From Desulfomonilia bacterium (GTDB lineage: Bacteria; Desulfobacterota; Desulfomonilia; UBA1062), in contig CAXXDQ010000004.1 in NCBI GenBank assembly GCA_963664325.2, positions 96,001-160,000 on the forward strand: a stretch of 64,000 bases of DNA, read 5' to 3'. The notes under the pieces are model-generated. The model did not search any database. It saw only the letters and a list, made by a program, of their open reading frames with translations, and was not told where the DNA came from. The translations under genes and the position numbers were made by a program. Numbering within the stretch: the first letter of the stretch is position 1; each line of letters starts with the position of its first letter. Positions 59,446 to 64,000 of this stretch are shown here, in pieces.

Positions 59446-60831
59446 ATGATGTCTGCTGAATATGGTTTTCCGCGCGGATTCATACTCGGTGCGGCGACAG
59501 CCGCCTATCAGATCGAAGGCGGATGGAGGGAAGACGGAAAAGGCCCGTCCATCTGGGATGATTTCGCCCACAGAAAGGGAAAGATCGCCAACAACGACAC
59601 TGGCGACGTCGCAAGCGACCACTACCATCGCTGGCAGGAGGATGTAGCAATTATGCGGGAAATCGGGCTGGACGCCTACCGCTTTTCCATCAGCTGGCCG
59701 CGGGTGCTGCCTCTTGGCAGGGGAGCTGTCAATGCAAAGGGGCTCGGTTTCTATGACCGCCTGGTCGATGAACTGCTTGCCTCAGGCATAAAACCATATG
59801 TCACACTTTATCATTGGGACCTGCCTCTTGAGCTTCAAAAGCAAGGGGGATGGAGTTCTAATGACATCCGCAGCCGGTTTGCAGAATATGCCGCATTGCT
59901 GGCCTCCCGTCTGGGCGACCGCGTCAAGAACTGGATTACGCTCAATGAGCCATGGATGTTCGTTTTCATCGGCCACCTTCTGGGCATGCATGCCCCGGGC
60001 TTGAAGAATCCATGGAAGGCCATGCGCGTCCTCCACAACGCATTGTGCAGCCATGGCATGGCGGTGCAAGCCATCAAAGCCGAACGGCCTGATTCCTCTG
60101 TGGGCATCACACTGAGCCTCTCACCTCTTGAACCGGCCACGGATACTGACAGGGACAAAGAGGCCACTCACCGGGCTGATCTCTTCATGAACCGCCTGCT
60201 GCTGGACCCAATCTTCGGACGGGGCTATCCTGAGGAAATTCGAAGACTGCTCCGCCTCTTCTTCCCGAAGGTAACGCAGGAAGACCTTGCATTGATAGCT
60301 ACCCCTATCGACTTCCTTGGCGTAAACACCTATACCCGAGACATCATCCGCTATGACTGGCGGGTGCCGTTCCTGCACCTATGGTCAAGCATATCGGATG
60401 TTCCGGAATCAGACTTCATACGCAATGGAGTTCAGTACACGACCATGGGGGTCGAAGTGTATCCCCCCAGCATTTATCAGGTTCTTGCACGCATAAGGGA
60501 CGAATACGGCAATCATCCTGTGGTCATCACCGAAAACGGCTCCTCCTTCACTGATGTCGTACAGAACGGAAAGGTCGACGATCCCAAACGCATAGCCTAT
60601 CTGGATGGCTATCTGAATGAGGTCCTGCACGCCGCAGCCGACGGATGCGATGTGCGCGGCTACTTTGTGTGGACGCTGATGGACAATATGGAGTGGAGCT
60701 TCGGCTGCGCCAAACGCCACGGCCTCGTATACGTGGACTTTAAAAGCGGCCAAAGGATCCCCAAGGCCTCTGCCGCACGCTATGCCGAAATCATTCGCGA
60801 TTCCCTGCCCGGCCGGCATGGCCACAAGTGA
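59446..60831 (+). CDS. GH1 beta-glucosidase
   Basis: ATAAYQIEG, YRFSISWPR, TLNEP acid/base, ITENG nucleophile, DNMEW. Confidence 0.94.
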   Translation: MMSAEYGFPRGFILGAATAAYQIEGGWREDGKGPSIWDDFAHRKGKIANNDTGDVASDHYHRWQEDVAIMREIGLDAYRFSISWPRVLPLGRGAVNAKGLGFYDRLVDELLASGIKPYVTLYHWDLPLELQKQGGWSSNDIRSRFAEYAALLASRLGDRVKNWITLNEPWMFVFIGHLLGMHAPGLKNPWKAMRVLHNALCSHGMAVQAIKAERPDSSVGITLSLSPLEPATDTDRDKEATHRADLFMNRLLLDPIFGRGYPEEIRRLLRLFFPKVTQEDLALIATPIDFLGVNTYTRDIIRYDWRVPFLHLWSSISDVPESDFIRNGVQYTTMGVEVYPPSIYQVLARIRDEYGNHPVVITENGSSFTDVVQNGKVDDPKRIAYLDGYLNEVLHAAADGCDVRGYFVWTLMDNMEWSFGCAKRHGLVYVDFKSGQRIPKASAARYAEIIRDSLPGRHGHK

Positions 60832-61053
60832 TGAGAGGAATTAAAAGGGGACGTTCTTCTGATATCCGGTTTAGATGTGATGGTACTGATTTAAGGAAAA
60901 TATCAGGAGAGATAAATTCCATATAGCTTGAGTAAATAACAAGTTTGCTATTTTATAGATTGCATTCGCAGACCTATAAAAAACTGACCTTTAAGTTTAA
61001 CCTGATGGTAAAAGACCCTGGAACAATATCAGGCAATCAGCCTGCTCACATAT

Positions 61054-61518
61054 TTATATGGTTTCGGGATTGTCAGTTCTTTTGAATTTCAGATGGATCT
61101 TGGGAGAAAGACCGAGGGTAATTGTCGCATTATCGGAACGCATCCCCATGACAGTGATTTTATGTTGCAGTGCTGATGCCGTTTGAAGTGTTTTGAGCAC
61201 ACTGATAATTATTATATCGCTTTTATGTTCTTCAAGCATTCTATTGTATGTATCCTCGTCCATGGTCTTGGTCAGCCCGCTGATTTCAACGGTGATATCA
61301 GGAATCAGTCCGACGCCGATTACAACACTCTCGACAGTATAACCAAGCTCGCGAATCAGCGACTGTATTTCGTCCGTCTCCGGGATCATCTCCATTAGTT
61401 TTTCCATACCGGAATCAGCGGCCCCGGCTATTTTTTCAGTAACACTGGTCTGCACATCCTTTGCCTTATCCTTCACCTTTTGGAATATTGATTCAGTTTT
61501 TTCGTCTGCATCCGCCAT
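61054..61518 (-). CDS. Hypothetical protein
   Basis: 154-aa ORF with SD GTGAGG; no recognised motif. Confidence 0.65.
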   Translation of the reverse strand: MADADEKTESIFQKVKDKAKDVQTSVTEKIAGAADSGMEKLMEMIPETDEIQSLIRELGYTVESVVIGVGLIPDITVEISGLTKTMDEDTYNRMLEEHKSDIIIISVLKTLQTASALQHKITVMGMRSDNATITLGLSPKIHLKFKRTDNPETI

Positions 61519-61649
61519 TCCTCACCCCCTGAATATGATCTTTGAAAAGCATATACCATGATCCAACTGTAAAACTACTTCAAATAAATTAACACATTCT
61601 GAGAAAATCCCCGAACCTGTGGATATTCAGTGTCAAAAACCTTAAGCCT

Positions 61650-64000
61650 TTATTTATCAAGCACCTCGCGTATTTTTCTGGCCAGAATCTCGATGGGAAA
61701 CGGCTTCTGAAGATAGTTTACGCCTTCCTCGAGGACCCCTTGCTTTGCAATGATGTCAAATGTGTAGCCGGACATGAACAGGCATTTCATACCGGGCCTT
61801 ATTACGCTGAGCTTTTTCCAGAGATAGGAACCGCCGGATCCGGGCATCACGACATCCGACAGCAGGATGTGAATATCGTCTTCATATTTCCGGGCAAGCT
61901 CAACTGCATCGTCCGGGTTGCTCGCAGACAGTACAGTATAGCCAAGCTTCTTAAGCATTGCCATGTATATGCCGAGTACAGCCGTTTCATCCTCAACCAG
62001 CAGGACAGTTTCTGTGCCCTTCGGCGCCTCTGATATCTCAGGCGTTTCGCCTTCGGGTTGAACGGATTCGCATGCAGGAAGATATATCCTGAAAGCCGTG
62101 CCTTTCCCTGGTTCGCTGTGCACATTGATAAAGCCGTTGTTCTGTTTCACAATGCCGTAAACTGTTGCAAGGCCGAGGCCTGTGCCTTTCCCCTGCTCTT
62201 TTGTTGTAAAGAAAGGCTCGAAAATCTGCATCCGGGTCTCATCATCCATACCGCAGCCGTCGTCGCTGACCGAGAGCAGTATGTAATTCCCCGGGGCAGA
62301 GTCCGGGTAGAGCTCCATACCAGGCGCATCGACCTTAACATTGGAGGTCTCGATGGTTATATTACCGGAATCACCGATCGCATCGCGCGAATTGACCACG
62401 AGGTTGGCCAGTATCTGGTTGACCTGGACAGGATCCATCTTCACAGGCCACAGGTTGCCTGCTGGTTTCCAGGAAAGGCTGATATTTTCTCCGATAAGCC
62501 TGCCGAGCATTTTCAGAATGCCTGAAATGCTGTCGTTCAAATCCAGCACGACAGGGGCTATTACCTGCTTTCTGGCAAAGGCGAGAAGCTGTTTTGTAAG
62601 CTCGGCTGAGCGTTCGCCGGCCTTCATGATTTCCTTCAGGCTGCCAAATGCGGGGTCTGAGGGCTGAATCTGGCTCATCAGCATGTCGGCATGGCCGATA
62701 ATAATGCTCAGCATGTTGTTGAAGTCATGCGCCACACCTCCTGCCAGCCTTCCCACGGACTCCATCTTCTGGGACTGCCGGAGCTGGGCTTCGAGTTTGG
62801 CTTTCTCCTCTTCTGCCTGCATGCGCTCGGTGATGTTTTCGAAGACCGCAACGATCTCACCGGTAGGAAGTTTGTAGATATAGTTCTCGTACCAGCCCTT
62901 TAAATCCTTGTCCTCGTATAAAGTCACCGGTAAACGTTCCGGCTGCCCGGTCCGCCAGACTCTACCGAAAACATCCAGGATGCCAGCCTGTTCTATGCCT
63001 GGACGAACTTCAAAAATACTCTTCCCGATCAACCGTTTGCGGTCGTCATGGTCGATCTTTTCACCAGCACTGTTAAAGGCCTTGAAGATGAAATCGAGGC
63101 CCCCTGAGACTCCGGCCGTTTCCCTGACTTCATACACGGCGACGCCGCTGTTGATGTTTTCAAACAGCTGTTCGTACTGGTCCTTGGCCTGCTGCAGCAA
63201 ATCCTCGGCTTTCTTGCGCTCTGTAATGTCGCTGATCACGCCAACCAGTCCGGCGACATTCCCGCTGGAATCAGTGAAAGTGGCTTTATTGAAGATCACC
63301 TCTCTTGTCGAGTCGTTATTGGTTTTAACCTTCCATTCATATATTTGACTGCCGGGTCTTTCAAACAGTTCCCGATCCATTTTTGCATATTTATCTGCTA
63401 TTTCCTTGGGCGCTATGTCGCAAACACTTTTGCCGATAATTTCTTCTCTGGGTTTGCTAAAAAACTCTTCAAAGGCACGGTTGCAGCCCAAATATTTTTC
63501 CGAGGTATCCTTGTAAAAGATCGGACTGGGAATGGTATCGAGAAGTGTTGAGATGAATTTTATCTGGGTTTTAAGGTTTTCTTCCGCACGCTTGCGCTCG
63601 GTGACGTCCCTTCCTTCTCCAAGGATGGATACCGGTCTTCCGTTCCCATCACGTATTATGCTGAACTTGCTTTCCGCCCACACGGTTGAGCCGTCCCTGC
63701 AGGAATACTCGAGGTCCAGTGTGAAGAGTGGATTGTAGTCCGGGTCAACCATTATCCTGGGCAGCTCCTTAAAAACCAGATCAGATACCACTTTAAACGA
63801 CTCCGGTGTGAATTGCCGGTCCAGCGGCATTTTCATTATCTCCTCTATCGTGAATCCGCGCAGCCTTTCACCGGAGGGGCTGTGGTAGGTCATATTGAGG
63901 TCCATATCCACCAGCCATACGGTGTCTGTAGTGTGCTCCGACAGCAGGCGGTACTGCGCCTCGCTCTCGGCCATGGCGACCTCCGCCCTTCTCCGTGCAA
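61650..64000 (-). CDS. Multi-PAS hybrid sensor histidine kinase/receiver (5' end probably outside the window)
   Basis: Three PAS/PAC repeats, [32 protein letters not shown]-terminal receiver; frame open to the window edge. Confidence 0.92.
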   Translation of the reverse strand, partial: ARRRAEVAMAESEAQYRLLSEHTTDTVWLVDMDLNMTYHSPSGERLRGFTIEEIMKMPLDRQFTPESFKVVSDLVFKELPRIMVDPDYNPLFTLDLEYSCRDGSTVWAESKFSIIRDGNGRPVSILGEGRDVTERKRAEENLKTQIKFISTLLDTIPSPIFYKDTSEKYLGCNRAFEEFFSKPREEIIGKSVCDIAPKEIADKYAKMDRELFERPGSQIYEWKVKTNNDSTREVIFNKATFTDSSGNVAGLVGVISDITERKKAEDLLQQAKDQYEQLFENINSGVAVYEVRETAGVSGGLDFIFKAFNSAGEKIDHDDRKRLIGKSIFEVRPGIEQAGILDVFGRVWRTGQPERLPVTLYEDKDLKGWYENYIYKLPTGEIVAVFENITERMQAEEEKAKLEAQLRQSQKMESVGRLAGGVAHDFNNMLSIIIGHADMLMSQIQPSDPAFGSLKEIMKAGERSAELTKQLLAFARKQVIAPVVLDLNDSISGILKMLGRLIGENISLSWKPAGNLWPVKMDPVQVNQILANLVVNSRDAIGDSGNITIETSNVKVDAPGMELYPDSAPGNYILLSVSDDGCGMDDETRMQIFEPFFTTKEQGKGTGLGLATVYGIVKQNNGFINVHSEPGKGTAFRIYLPACESVQPEGETPEISEAPKGTETVLLVEDETAVLGIYMAMLKKLGYTVLSASNPDDAVELARKYEDDIHILLSDVVMPGSGGSYLWKKLSVIRPGMKCLFMSGYTFDIIAKQGVLEEGVNYLQKPFPIEILARKIREVLDK

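Noticed and set aside
1-64000. tRNA, rRNA, riboswitch or T-box upstream of trpS
   Set aside because: No cloverleaf or recognisable conserved RNA motif by eye; trpS follows the upstream gene with almost no leader. An Infernal/Rfam scan would be needed to exclude small RNAs

Overview
A mostly chromosomal core region from a bacterium of roughly 50% GC (estimated by eye). Gene content and repeat style suggest an anaerobic deltaproteobacterium (Desulfobacterota/Syntrophales-like); this is inference. Housekeeping blocks: oppABC, uppS-cdsA-cdsA-dxr-rseP-tsaB, prfB (programmed +1 frameshift), rho-rpmE-prfA-prmC, arsC-pit-pit-pstSCAB-phoU and S2P-trpS-scpA-scpB. Main highlights: (1) a ~4 kb AT-rich island (about 23.1-27.1 kb) bracketed by inverted copies of a MITE/REP-like element, encoding a 934-aa fusion of a SAMHD1-like HD hydrolase and a PRTase-like domain plus a 136-aa partner, the best candidate for an undescribed nucleotide-targeting defence system; (2) a HesB-like selenoprotein gene missing from the ORF track (in-frame TGA plus a SECIS-like hairpin) behind a perfect FNR-type box; (3) two secreted superoxide-reductase-like proteins with an N-terminal His next to a cytochrome b561-like protein; (4) a cdsA tandem duplication whose junction is still readable as a dxr/uppS chimera; (5) 11-bp periodic Pho-box-like arrays; (6) an accessory sugar-catabolism cluster. 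No rRNA, tRNA, CRISPR array, integrase or intact transposase was recognised. All family assignments come from motif recognition, not database searches.
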